NCBI GenBank assembly: GCA_000091205.1
Contig: AP006487.2
DNA length: 64,000 nucleotides
Strand: one strand, 5' to 3'
DNA from: Cyanidioschyzon merolae
Taxonomy: Eukaryota
Shown here in pieces: positions 35,196 to 46,115 of this stretch; position 1 is the first letter of the stretch; each line of letters starts with the position of its first letter. The position numbers and the translations under genes were made by a program. The notes below the pieces were generated by a model. It was not told the DNA's origin and did no database searches. It saw nothing but the letters and a program-made list of their open reading frames with translations.

Positions 35196-36545
35196 TTACG
35201 ATTGGGACAGCTCGTGTACGAGCAGTGTGCCGCCTTGCTTTTCGGCGATGCTTGAGCCCAGCTCCGCGTTTGCATCATAGGAGGGCACTATGGCGAGGGT
35301 TCCGTTCGTTAGCGCTGCAAAGAGGCCGGTGATCATGACACGATGTGCGCGCTCGCGGTTTCTGGGCGAGAGCACGACCCGTCCATGGGCAACATCTCCG
35401 TGATCGGCGTGCATGCCGCCCAGTTTCTGAGCCAAGGTTTGGGCGTGCTTTAAGATCGCCATCTCATCCAGATGTACGTAACAATCTTTCCCTGCACCGA
35501 AATGCCCAGTGCTACCATCTTGGCCTGCTTCCGGTTCGCAGAAAATGAATGTGCCCAACTTTTCGTGACTATGTTTGAGATTATCCTCCAGAGGATGCGG
35601 ATCTGCATCGTACACGAGCATATTGCGATAGCGTAGTAGCGTGCGCAGATTCTCCGGACCGGTATGCGCGACAAACTCCAGCTGCTGCGGCACCAATGCA
35701 GGTTGCGGCCGTATGGTATGACCTGTGAGCGGCGTAAATCCTGCCAATCCAGCACTATCGCAGGTTACGGGTGAGCGCTCAGCTGCAGCCGTCGGTGGAG
35801 CCAGGAATAGTGCACGCACGAGCTGCACCGGCACATCCAAATTATCATACAGCACACTGCTCAGCGTGCTCCCTGCTGGTGCGACACGCTCCGGGGACGG
35901 CATTCGGGCAGCTACTGCACGCGGGATAACTTCGTAATCATGCCAACAGATGAGACCCCGAGGTGGATACTTTTGAAGCATTCGCAGCGCGCGCTCGAGT
36001 GTGATGTCGTCCACCACGCCGTCCTGCGCGCTAGTGTTCGTGTCATCCTTGGGCGGCAGCGGTGATGACGTCCGCAGGATCCTCCTCGGCGGTGGGAGCG
36101 AAACGAGCTCCAGTCCGGAAGCAGCGCTAGCCAGTGCGAGAATGATAAACTCTGCACTACCTGACGGCAACCAACTTGCGATACGATCGCCTGGAAGGAG
36201 GCCGAGCTCGCCTCGCAAACCGGCGGCAAGTGCTCGCACGTGACGATTCAATTGACTCGTCGTCAGCGTCAAAGGTTCTCCACGCGTCGTCTGGAGAATG
36301 CGAAGCGCATCTTTGAACGGGTTTCCCTCTGCAGCGCGTGCCAGGTACGCGTAGACGCGTTCGTCGCGCTCTCCTGCAGGTGCATGCACTGTCGCTGCGG
36401 CTCTGGCGTGCAGCGCGCGGCACGTTCCGTTACGCTTGAAGAGATCGTATTCTACGCGCAAGAAAACCTTTCTTAAAAGCATCCGGTTCGAGGCAAGCGA
36501 TGACGCGAAAAGGCGAGGTACGGGACCTGCGGGAGCAAACCGCAC
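35196..36545 (-). CDS. AMP-binding (acyl-activating enzyme) family protein, N-terminal half only; truncated gene/pseudogene, or an unrecognised intron
   Basis: N-terminal substrate-binding region 'LTLTTSQLNRHVRALAAGLRGELGLLPGDRIASWLPSGSAEFIILALASAASGLELVSLPP' and 'LSPRNRERAHRVMITGLFAALTNGTLAIV'. The ORF then stops, with no downstream continuation in any frame. Confidence 0.45.
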   Translation of the reverse strand: MRFAPAGPVPRLFASSLASNRMLLRKVFLRVEYDLFKRNGTCRALHARAAATVHAPAGERDERVYAYLARAAEGNPFKDALRILQTTRGEPLTLTTSQLNRHVRALAAGLRGELGLLPGDRIASWLPSGSAEFIILALASAASGLELVSLPPPRRILRTSSPLPPKDDTNTSAQDGVVDDITLERALRMLQKYPPRGLICWHDYEVIPRAVAARMPSPERVAPAGSTLSSVLYDNLDVPVQLVRALFLAPPTAAAERSPVTCDSAGLAGFTPLTGHTIRPQPALVPQQLEFVAHTGPENLRTLLRYRNMLVYDADPHPLEDNLKHSHEKLGTFIFCEPEAGQDGSTGHFGAGKDCYVHLDEMAILKHAQTLAQKLGGMHADHGDVAHGRVVLSPRNRERAHRVMITGLFAALTNGTLAIVPSYDANAELGSSIAEKQGGTLLVHELSQS

Positions 36546-38614
36546 CGAGTCGGAGCGCGTAGCGAGCGGCTCGACTGCGCCTTGCCACTCGCTGTGCGAG
36601 AGGCGAGGCGTGTCCAGTGGGGGCGGCGGCGGCTGCGTCCACGTCGCTGTTCAGCCCAGAGGGTTTTCGGAGCACTGCCAGCGACCGGTGGTCGATTATC
36701 CCAGAGTACCCGTCTCTGATAACGAGTGACAGGCAGCCCTGGTGAAGATTTGAATGTTTATCTCTAAACAGAATTTTAGGTAGCGTTCAGCGTCTGGCGG
36801 AAAGGTGCAGAAGCAAGCGCACGATGCATCTCTTGAAGCGTGCCACACGTGTGAATACGTGAATTTCTCGTGTTTTAAAGCGGGAACTGTGCGGCTTGGA
36901 ATGCTTTTGCAGAAGGCCATGATCCACGAGCACCCTGATACCGCAATTTTTGAAGAAGATGAGATTTCGCGGGCCATAGCCCCGACGCAGAGGCGTTCTC
37001 TCATGGCGCTCTGGACCGCCTCTCGCTCCTGAATACGAGTACGCCAATAACTGTCGTCATTGAGATAGAAGCGCATCGAACGCTTGCAAGTATCAAGCCT
37101 GGAATTCCCGCAGCAGCTTTATTAGAATGATAGCGGGTACGCTTCTTGCGATCTTTTGCATGTGTGGTTTTCGTGTCGTGTTCGAGGACTACGAATATGC
37201 ACGTGTGTATGCGCGCGTATCATACGAGGGTGCATCCGCATCATGCTCGCCGCTTGTCTTCGCACCTCTGCTTCTATGTGCCTGCGATACGAATCTGCTT
37301 TAATGGTCACGTGCGAGTGCACACGAACGTGGTAGGCCTCAAAAGTCCCGCAACACCGGGAGGCGTGGCGATCTCCACATCAACTGCAACCAAGTCCAGC
37401 TGCGTTGCTGCGTGTATGCCGCGACTTTTCGCACGTGCCAAGTCATATGGTCATGGTTTGCGTCTCGTCAGTCGAGCTACCTTCGAAGCATGCCTTCCAA
37501 AAAGCGTTTCACCGCTGCACGGGGATATCATGCATCCGATGGACTCGGGCCAAGGCAGCCGTAGACCCGTGTCCGTGGCTTTCGTACCCAAAGGGAACAC
37601 TCGGGATGGCGTTCACGAAAAAAAATCGCGTCCAGTACAAGAGCTGGCTCTATTTTGGTTTGCGTCATGCGCATTCCCCAGTGATGCAGGGATGGCGAAT
37701 GTTTGCATCCACAGGAACGACACGTGTGACCCGCGGAACCGAACCGAAATGAGGCACGAGTCTGAATCGTTCTCATCGAGCTCGTCGCCAATGTGCATAC
37801 TGTTCTTGACAATATCGATTTCCTGACCCAGCAAGCGCGGAGCAGCAGGCCTCAACAGCGCTGCGCCAGTCCGAGGTCCGTGCATTTCGAACACGGACTC
37901 GCTCATCCGCTGAGCTGGCGGCACCGCCAGTTTTCTCGCATCGTGCGGCCGAGCTTTGATGTTTGCGGGGCATACCACGAACCCGAGCAGTACAGAACGA
38001 AAAAATTATTTTGATGTGCTCCTCTGAGCGACTCGGGTATCCGCAACTGGGCAAAACAAAAACGGATTCGAGATTCGATCCGAGGTATTTCAATCTCAGA
38101 ACGCTTCCAGTTTCTCGAATTCACACGAGAACGTCAACCTGCTCCTAGAGGTGCCGAGCACTACGTTTCTGCTCTACGTACGTAAAGGGATGGACGGTCA
38201 CTGGGCACCATGGCAAGACGCATACAGCTGTGTGCGCCGCCCTCGTCTCCTGACTCTATGAAGCCGCACTGGTTAAACAGATCCAACAATCTCGTAACTC
38301 GCAAACATCCACGACGAGTAAAGACGCATGTCAGATACCCGATGATAATGGGAGCATAGCAACGAACAGACCCTCGTCGGCATCGCCGCGTCCCGCGTGG
38401 TCAGGATACCATGTCGCCCGGTGTCGCAGAGAGCCAGCGCCTCTGCTACACGTAGAAGATGGAGCTTGCACACGGACATCGCTTATAACGATTGCCTGCG
38501 CTGAGGTGCACTCCAGTAGACACTACACTTCATCGAATTTCGAACTTATTGTCGCGAAATCCCAGGCAGGCGTCACGCAACGTCATCTGGCCTTGGGCCG
38601 GAGGCATGTGCGCC

Positions 38615-39868
38615 TCACGATGTGCTACGTTTGCTCTTCGTCTGACGACCTGGTTCGGCGCGATCCCGTTCCTGAACATAGTTCACGAGCGAAGCGTAGA
38701 AATCTGGGCCTACGCGGTCCCTAAGCTCAGTTCCAGCGGCTGCGCATTCATCGATAACGTTTGCCGGCGTGCACTGCCTTGTGGTCTCGAATAGGTCTCG
38801 GCCATCTGGCGTCGCAACAAGGCCGCGAAAATGGATTCGCTCCGAAGAGTCCGTATCGAACCAGGCTTGCCCTGCAATTGGTGTGCGACAACTCCCATCA
38901 AGGTTCGCGAGGAACGCCCGCTCTGCCTCGACACAAAGCTTCGTCCGTGGGCACGAAAGCGGACCCAGGAGTGCTGCAGTGCGATCATCTCCGCGTCGCG
39001 TTGTGATACCGATCGCACCTTGCGCTACCGCTGGGAGCATGTCCTCCATTCCGAGAACAGCAGTCGCGACGTGTTCCATCTGGAGCCGCCGAAGGCCCGC
39101 AAGTGCCAAAAGCGTCGCGTCAACGACGCATTCTTCGAGTTTGCGCAATCTCGTTTGGACATTCCCACGAAAGTTGATCACTTTGAGATGCGGATACCGT
39201 GCCAGAATCTGGCTCTGTCGTCGCAGAGATGAAGATCCTACAACACTTCCGGGCGGCAACTCGTCTAGGCTCTTCGCCTTGAAGGAGACGAAGGCATCAC
39301 GCGTATCTTCGCGGCGCAGGATACTTGTGAGCTCAATATCCGGAGGCAGGAAAGTGGGTACATCCTTCATCGAGTGCACGGCAATATCGATATCGCCACG
39401 CAACTGCGCTTCATCGATCTCGCGCGTGAAGAGCCCCTTGCCCCCGATTTCCGACAACGCGCGGTCCAATACGATATCACCAGTCGTATGGATGATTTCA
39501 ATGTGAATGGCGCCTTCTCGGTCGCGCAGAAACGGGTGCGCCTCTTCGAGCAGACGTTTCGTCTCGTGGGCCTGGGCGAGCGCGAGCGGCGAGCCCCGCG
39601 TCCCGATCACAACAATAGCGGGGTTCTCGCGCCGTCGCGTTGACGCGTCCACTGGACATTGAGCAACCGTAGCTCTCCAAGTCCTTGGCCCGGAAGTGAT
39701 GCATTCCGCCGTCCTTGCTTTGGAAGCGGGACCCGTGCCCTTGCAAAGCCTGTGGCGAGTCGGCGCTGTCAGCAGCAGCGCCCGAGGCGAGCACCCAACG
39801 CGTGCGCGCGTTCGCTGCTGTGTGCCTGTCGCAACCGCTGCTGTGACGGAAACAAAGCCCCAAAGCAT
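38615..39868 (-). CDS. HMBS: Porphobilinogen deaminase (hydroxymethylbilane synthase) with ~75-aa N-terminal targeting-like extension
   Basis: 'IVVIGTRGSPLALAQA', 'GGKGLFTREIDEAQLRGDIDIAVHSMKDVPT', 'VGSSSLRRQSQI', 'RGNVQTRLRKL', 'DATLLALAGLRRL', 'GSCRTPIAG'. The N-terminus 'MLWGFVSVTAAVATGTQQRTRARVGCSPRALLLTAPTRHR' is hydrophobic, then S/T/R/A-rich. Confidence 0.92.
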   Translation of the reverse strand: MLWGFVSVTAAVATGTQQRTRARVGCSPRALLLTAPTRHRLCKGTGPASKARTAECITSGPRTWRATVAQCPVDASTRRRENPAIVVIGTRGSPLALAQAHETKRLLEEAHPFLRDREGAIHIEIIHTTGDIVLDRALSEIGGKGLFTREIDEAQLRGDIDIAVHSMKDVPTFLPPDIELTSILRREDTRDAFVSFKAKSLDELPPGSVVGSSSLRRQSQILARYPHLKVINFRGNVQTRLRKLEECVVDATLLALAGLRRLQMEHVATAVLGMEDMLPAVAQGAIGITTRRGDDRTAALLGPLSCPRTKLCVEAERAFLANLDGSCRTPIAGQAWFDTDSSERIHFRGLVATPDGRDLFETTRQCTPANVIDECAAAGTELRDRVGPDFYASLVNYVQERDRAEPGRQTKSKRSTS

Positions 39869-41020
39869 TTTCCTGAGATAGACACAAGTCGGATACGACC
39901 CAGCGCCTGCAAACCCTGGGTGTTGTTCCGCTGAAGCGTCCGCTTGTCGCGGAACTCGACGACGAAGAGGACGAGTCGGGTGCTACCCGCTGGCGCTGGA
40001 GCTCAGAGGCGCGCCGGCTGGCGATCGAGCGCCGGAGACACGACGCAGCGCGCTGATTTTAGGTTGAGAAAAGCTTTTCCACAGACTATGGATATACCAG
40101 ACTGCGGGATCGAACATAGCATTCGGGAAATCGCTCATCATGCCGCACCCAACCTCCAAGTTCCATTGCTTAGACTTCTCTTCGGATATAGTGGTCGTTT
40201 CGTACGTTCTATCGTGCGCGGGGTACCTGACTTGGTGCTGCACTCGCGATAGCGCCTAAACCGCTGAAGCGGATGCAGTACGAAGACAGATGCTCGGTTT
40301 TGGTATACCGTAGAGGGCGTCGGTTCGAGGGATGGTTCTCATTTAACATGGAATCAGGATTCTAAATCATTCTGGGAGCCTGCAAGCTGTGCGGACATAC
40401 CTGCTGTCTGCGACAGCACGAAGCCATACGCTGAGAGACTATGGCGATCAGGACGACGCCCAGACGCAGCATACACGATGCTAGTCCCAGAATGGGCAGC
40501 GTTTCAACCAGGTTGCACAGATCCTACCACTGCAGAGTCCAAGGGAGCGTAAGCCCCGCAGACTCGTCAGGCCCGCAAGATCTTCCGCCTGCAGGGTAAA
40601 CTTTCAACAATATGGAAATATTTTCCCCTTTCAGCGCTTACCGTGAAGGTCGAACGGAACTGGTATCGAGTTTGGAGTCAGTTGATCGTTTCTGTTCATT
40701 GTTTGACAGCGCGGTCGATGCGCGCTCGAAGCGAATGCCGCTGCCCAGTGCGTGGCCCCTGGACACGTGTAGCCCGCGCGCTGCTGTCGTCGCCGACGCA
40801 TTGGGCGATCCACGGCCTAGGTGGCATCGCGGGCGCACCGGCGATCAATGACCAGTCAGTTTGCGTGCCGTGCGATTCGCAGTTGCTCGCTCTGTCCAGC
40901 GACTTGTCTAGACGAACGTCCGACAAGTGCAGTCTGTTTCTGAACCAATCAAGTATAATATTCTTGTTCGTGGCAGCGTTTGTGCTCACATATTTGTGTA
41001 CTGTATGATCTGCTGCTGGG

Positions 41021-42073
41021 ATGTCGAACGGACGTGTACCGCAGTTGTTCGGTCTGAAGGAGCGCAGAGCTGGACAAGCTCTCCGTAAGGTTGAGTCGCT
41101 GGACATGGAGCGACAAGACCTCGAAGCACAGGTCAAGGTTGCCTCTTCGGTAGATTTTTCTCGAAAAACAGGCAACGAACCGGTCAAAGGCACTGAACAT
41201 GCTCCCGAGTCGCAAGCATCTACGGCGGCGAGCGCGCCCAATCGACAACGTTTCCCAGCGTCGAGCTCCCAGAACAGTCTCCCGGATACGGAGAAGGGCG
41301 AGAGCGGGCGACTACACCCGCGGCGTCACAGACATGTACCCTATCACAAGCACCCGTTGGTTGTTGAGATGCTCCGAGCTGCGGCGTCGAGCGACTCACC
41401 GTACCCGCGCCACGCAGCCTACGACTACGTTCGGGTTCTGCCGCGTCTCGATCCTGCAGAGGAAGCTATTGTCGTGATATTGGGGAAAAATGTACCATAT
41501 CATCAGTACGAGAGGGAAATATCGTTGCGTTTTATCTTATTTGTTCTTCATGTTGTTGCGTTATCGCAACGCGAGAAGTATCGCCTGGTTTACGTGCATC
41601 GACAAGATTCAGGTGTGAGTGGCCCAGGATTGCTCTGGTTGTTGCGTTCGTTTCGAAGGATGCCCCGGCGTGCACATCGGCTCTTGTCATGTCTCGTGGT
41701 CGTGAATGCGGGTTTGCAACTGCACCTTTCCCGCTGGACCATCTTACCATTCATAGATTTCCGCATGTGGCGAAGGCTGCGCTTTGGCGGAGTTCTTGAC
41801 GATCTTCGTCTCGAAGATCACCCGCATATCATGCCTTTATTGCAGTTCCCGAAGCGGAAACAACGTGAAAGGATATTTTCTTTCAAGAGTTTGTCACCAA
41901 GAAGTCTGGATACTAGACGTTCGCCAGAAGCGGAAGCGGAAGTGGAATTGGTAGCGAATCATCGTGTCTCGGCCCCAGATGGAAATGCGGCGATACAACC
42001 CAGCTCAGAATTGAGCGCATTGCCGGAGGCATCACATCCATCGGGAACGACAGCAATAGCGTCTGCTGCCTGA
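41021..42073 (+). CDS. Hypothetical protein with divergent CRAL-TRIO/BCH-like lipid-binding domain
   Basis: 'YRLVYVHRQDSGVSGPGLLWLLRSFRRMPRRAHRLLSCLVVVNAGLQLHLSRWTILPFIDFRMWRRLRFGGVLDDL' follows the CRAL_TRIO_2 (GDAP2/BNIP2-like) pattern. N- and C-termini are low-complexity. Confidence 0.4.
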   Translation: MSNGRVPQLFGLKERRAGQALRKVESLDMERQDLEAQVKVASSVDFSRKTGNEPVKGTEHAPESQASTAASAPNRQRFPASSSQNSLPDTEKGESGRLHPRRHRHVPYHKHPLVVEMLRAAASSDSPYPRHAAYDYVRVLPRLDPAEEAIVVILGKNVPYHQYEREISLRFILFVLHVVALSQREKYRLVYVHRQDSGVSGPGLLWLLRSFRRMPRRAHRLLSCLVVVNAGLQLHLSRWTILPFIDFRMWRRLRFGGVLDDLRLEDHPHIMPLLQFPKRKQRERIFSFKSLSPRSLDTRRSPEAEAEVELVANHRVSAPDGNAAIQPSSELSALPEASHPSGTTAIASAA

Positions 42074-43364
42074 GCGAGCCAGCACGCGACTCGACCCGGA
42101 ACGTTTGGGCATGTCACGAGATATTGCAGCGTCAACCGATCGCTATACAAGTTACAGAAGCGACGTGAACGGCTTGCGGTTTCGTTGCGTACCTTTGCGT
42201 CGGCGATTCTATTGCACTTTATCATGTGCGACATGGAAACCTGAATAGGCGAATTTCGCGGCTTTGCCGGAAGCGAAGCACGACAGCGGATCTTTTGCGA
42301 TCGACGGGCAGGAACATGCACCAGCACCTTTGAATATAAGCGGTGTCTGGGCGCTACCCTTGACGATCAGCCAGTGTTTTTTCGCATGTACAAGCAGTGG
42401 ATCATGGGCGCCACCGGCCCGACACATTGACGACTACACTCTCCTGGGATATGCACCAATGCAATGCAGCGTGCATGATCGCATGCCTACTGCGCACCAG
42501 CGGGATATGGCGGCGTCTTGTGATTCCAGTTCGGACAACGCCGATGCATTCATTCATGACCTTGGGCGCGTTTCAAACAGTGTTAGCACAGAGCGCTCAT
42601 TTAATGGTTATGGATCTGGGTGTCGGGATTTCTGTTCCATGTGACAAGCTCGGTTAGTGTCTGTATCGAAAGCAAGCTAGAGGGCGGGGCTCGGTTTGGG
42701 GCCCGAGAGGGCCTCCATGGTTTCGAGTATAGTCACGCATTGTCCATTCTCCAGCTCAATCGAAATTCCAGTGACCCAGACAACCTTCGATATAATTGTC
42801 TTAAAAGTGCTCCCATATACATCATTGAGCATGAGATGACCCGGTGATTTGCACCCTGCTCGATACAGCTTTGATTCAGGCCACTGTGCTTGCTCTTGGC
42901 TGGCGAGGAAGCCTCACTGGGGCATCGCGCACTACGAGGCCTTGCGTAAACAAGTGGGCACCAAGATCTACGGGCTTTCCGCGCCCAATAAGGAACGAAA
43001 TGCGATTGGTCCACGAACCGAACTCGGGCGTAGAAGTAGAAGCTCGGGCGCGTTCCCATTGCCATCAACATCAGCGATTGTCGGCTGTTTCCGCGACTGA
43101 ATCGTTTTCCTCTCTCTCTCATGCCTGACTTTGAATATACTGGCCTCTGCGTTCCCTCTAGTTCCGTTGTCAGCAGTCGAAGGATATTGATGGCAGTGTT
43201 CCATTCGCGATTTCGCTGCTCCTGGATGCTTTCTGAGCAATGCATGCTGAGGAGGGAGTCGCTATCTACGCTTCGCTTTCCATGTTCATCTTTTTCATAT
43301 ATAGCCCCGGTGCGCTCTCTGCAGCGCTGACTCCTTGCTTCGGCCAGGTGTTATCCGAGGCCCA

Positions 43365-43392
43365 GCACACGCACACACACACACACACACAC
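43365..43392. repeat. (CA)n dinucleotide microsatellite
   Basis: 'cacgcacacacacacacacacacac' read directly. Confidence 0.7.
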
Positions 43393-43589
43393 CATTGTCC
43401 GGTTGGCTTCCTGTGTTGTGTGGTTGCTTGTCTCGTCTCTCGGCATGTGCAATTGCCGGACGCAGAAGGCTCCGCTCGATACCCGGCTCCGTGTCCGCGT
43501 CTTGTTCAATAACCTCAGATTACCGGCCTTTTTTTTTCTGAATGATCCGATCTGCGAGTACGCTGTCCGCCACATGCATAAGCGCAGGC

Positions 43590-43705
43590 CGCCTCCCTGG
43601 ACAGAGGAATTCGTTAAACGCGACGTTTTCCATGACCAATCGACTTGCGAAAAGCAAATCCAGGCTGGAGATCAAGTCGAGAGATTTCGATCGGTCTACA
43701 CTTGC
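43590..43705 (+). repeat. Dispersed ~125-bp repeat family, copy B
   Basis: 'cgacgttttccatgaccaatcgacttgcgaaaagcaaatccaggctggagatcaagtcgagagatttcgatcggtctacacttgcttc'. A T10 homopolymer lies ~50 bp upstream. Confidence 0.6.
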
Positions 43706-44711
43706 TTCACGACAAGAGGGTGACGCATGTGGCACAAGAAGTGATCGCTGCCACGACTGCATTCTCCCTTCTATACCGTTCTGCATGCAAACACAATTGA
43801 CGTGAACCTCTTGGAATGTGTCTCGTGGCATGTCACATGTTCGCGTCAAACGCTTTTTGTGCATGGAGACACAGCTATGCGTCTATAGATTCGGAACGGA
43901 ATCGCTTATCTGACGTGACTGGTTTAGTGAGCCAATCGGCATGAGCTTCTGAACAGGACGCCTATGGGCGACAACACGCTACATCCATCGCCAAAACAGT
44001 GACGCACATTGCTACGTCCACAAGTTGGCTTGAAGCCGAATCATCGAAAAATTGAAGCTTGCATCATTTCATCACGCTACACGTACGGAGACGAGAAAAC
44101 GGGAAGCTTGCACGTCCGCATCGCACCATGCTATCGGTTATTTCACGAAGCCGAGGTCGATGGCTTTGCGGATCGTCTTGATTCCGACGCAATACCGCAT
44201 TCCAGTGGCATATACTCGAATACATCTCGCCAGGAAGACGACCGAGAACCCGTAAACCCACCGACAGATCCATTCACCTCGATGGAGACACCTCGAATAT
44301 CGCACCTCGATATCCAGAAAACCCGTTCGGGAGAAATCGGTACACAGGAACATAGCCAGCAGTTCAGTGCTCCAGTTTAATCCGACAAGGGTTTGGCAGG
44401 GAGCTTTAGGCGTTCTGTGCCAGTCATCGGGCGCTCGACGATTGCAAGAGATGCAAAGTTCCACGTTGCACACCTTTTGATCGGCAGGACGCAAGCATGA
44501 TGCATTGGATTTGTTTTCGAGCGAGCAAACGTCTTTGTCGTTGTCTGTTTACTGGAGCGGCGAATCCAGCACGAGTTCGTCACTTTTCCGCCAAGAGTCC
44601 GGTGCATCTGCCACCGTCAGCATATGGTGCATGTATCAATGCCAAGGCCCGACGTAACCAGCAATGCACATTTGCCTGCGTCCCTGCTCCAGTGATATGC
44701 TCATGTCGAGG

Positions 44712-46115
44712 TTATGCTGCTTCACTGGGCTGACGCCGAGTCCAGGATCGTGAATTGAACTTTCTGATGACGCCGCGTTTGATGAGGTACGTCCCGTGAC
44801 TTTGAACCTGCTGACGAGTTTTGTTCGGTAGGAAACTTTTGATCCGGTTCCATTTGCAACCGAACGTTGCGTAGGCGCGTCTGAACATGCAGTCTTCTTC
44901 CTCAGACCAGACTGAGTGACGACGCATTTTGTGCTTGGGATCCACAGAAGTGCTCTTCTCTCGCGCTGCTGTTGTGCACTGGACGCTCTGTAATTCCCCA
45001 GGCAAGGCCCCAGAGGTTGCGACGTTCGATGCGTGCGAACCCGCGTAGCTTGCGATGTGCTTGAATGACACCGCGGCATGTGATATGCCATGACACGGGC
45101 GGCTGCGAGCCAAGGCACATGCGTCCGGAATCTCGACGCGCAAGCCCGCTTCTCGAATCGTTTGGCGTTCCGTTGCCTCTGGAATAGGGCGTCGCTCATG
45201 CGTTGCGGTGTCATTCGAGCTGGTCGTGTTTGCTGGATTAGAGATACCATAGAGTGCTGAGTCCCTGTTCCACTGTTCATTGTCCAGACGAGCAACCGAG
45301 TGCGCAACGCCTCTCGCGAAATCAGAATGTCCATCTGGCGTTCTCAAAGCGTGCTCCGCTACGCATTCAAAGATGTATTGTGACCTGGCCGTGCGTGTCT
45401 GTGGTCCCGGAGCCTTGTCCAGACCCGATTTTATTGAACTGGGCGACGAACTTTTTTCTGATTGCAGTGATTGAACGTCGAATGCTCTGTTTCGGACAGG
45501 CGTGGCTGGCTCGGCTTGCTGTGTCACATAAGCGGAATAGGTTGCACACCTGGGTGCTGCAGAGGCCTCGTGAGTTCGCGTCTGCTGTCGTAGCGCACTG
45601 TAGCAGAAGGACGATTCAAGGGATTCGACGCGTTCACGTAGACTGCGAACTTCGCGAACAAGCGCTGCAACAGTTGATTCTGCTGCTGAGCCCGCGGGAA
45701 TTCGTGGATCGTACTGGTGTTGGAGGCCGCTGAGTTGCAGCAAACCATGACGCGACCCTTCGACGAACACCTCAGAATGCTGCGCTCCATATCTCGACTC
45801 AGGCGTCCCTGACGCGGCGAATCCGAATGGCAACGTCTCAGCGCACCTCGGGAGTCGCTCGGCACACGGCTCGAGATGCGGATGTACGGCATCTCCTGGT
45901 AGGTGTATCTCCATAAATCCTCTGGAATTGAGCGATGACATGCTTCCCGCAAGTGCTGACGCTTGTAAGCGCGAAAAAACTGGAATCTGCGAAGGCGTTT
46001 GCGCCTCTGGTTGATGCGGCTGGGTGAGCCAGATTGAGCCCGGCCCGCCTGCGGATCCCGCATAGGGTGCCCGGGCATAGACCAGACCCGGCTCCATTCT
46101 CATCGGTCGTTGCAC
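44712..46115 (-). CDS. Myb/SANT-domain (SHAQKYF-class-like) DNA-binding protein
   Basis: C-terminal 'RRHSVWSEEEDCMFRRAYATFGCKWNRIKSFLPNKTRQQVQSHGTYLIKRG'. The rest is low-complexity. Confidence 0.5.
   Translation of the reverse strand: MQRPMRMEPGLVYARAPYAGSAGGPGSIWLTQPHQPEAQTPSQIPVFSRLQASALAGSMSSLNSRGFMEIHLPGDAVHPHLEPCAERLPRCAETLPFGFAASGTPESRYGAQHSEVFVEGSRHGLLQLSGLQHQYDPRIPAGSAAESTVAALVREVRSLRERVESLESSFCYSALRQQTRTHEASAAPRCATYSAYVTQQAEPATPVRNRAFDVQSLQSEKSSSPSSIKSGLDKAPGPQTRTARSQYIFECVAEHALRTPDGHSDFARGVAHSVARLDNEQWNRDSALYGISNPANTTSSNDTATHERRPIPEATERQTIREAGLRVEIPDACALARSRPCHGISHAAVSFKHIASYAGSHASNVATSGALPGELQSVQCTTAAREKSTSVDPKHKMRRHSVWSEEEDCMFRRAYATFGCKWNRIKSFLPNKTRQQVQSHGTYLIKRGVIRKFNSRSWTRRQPSEAA

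Noticed and set aside
38769-39506. 245-aa ORF antisense to the porphobilinogen deaminase gene
   Set aside because: It lies wholly inside a confidently identified gene on the other strand. This is a typical GC-rich antisense open frame with no motif.
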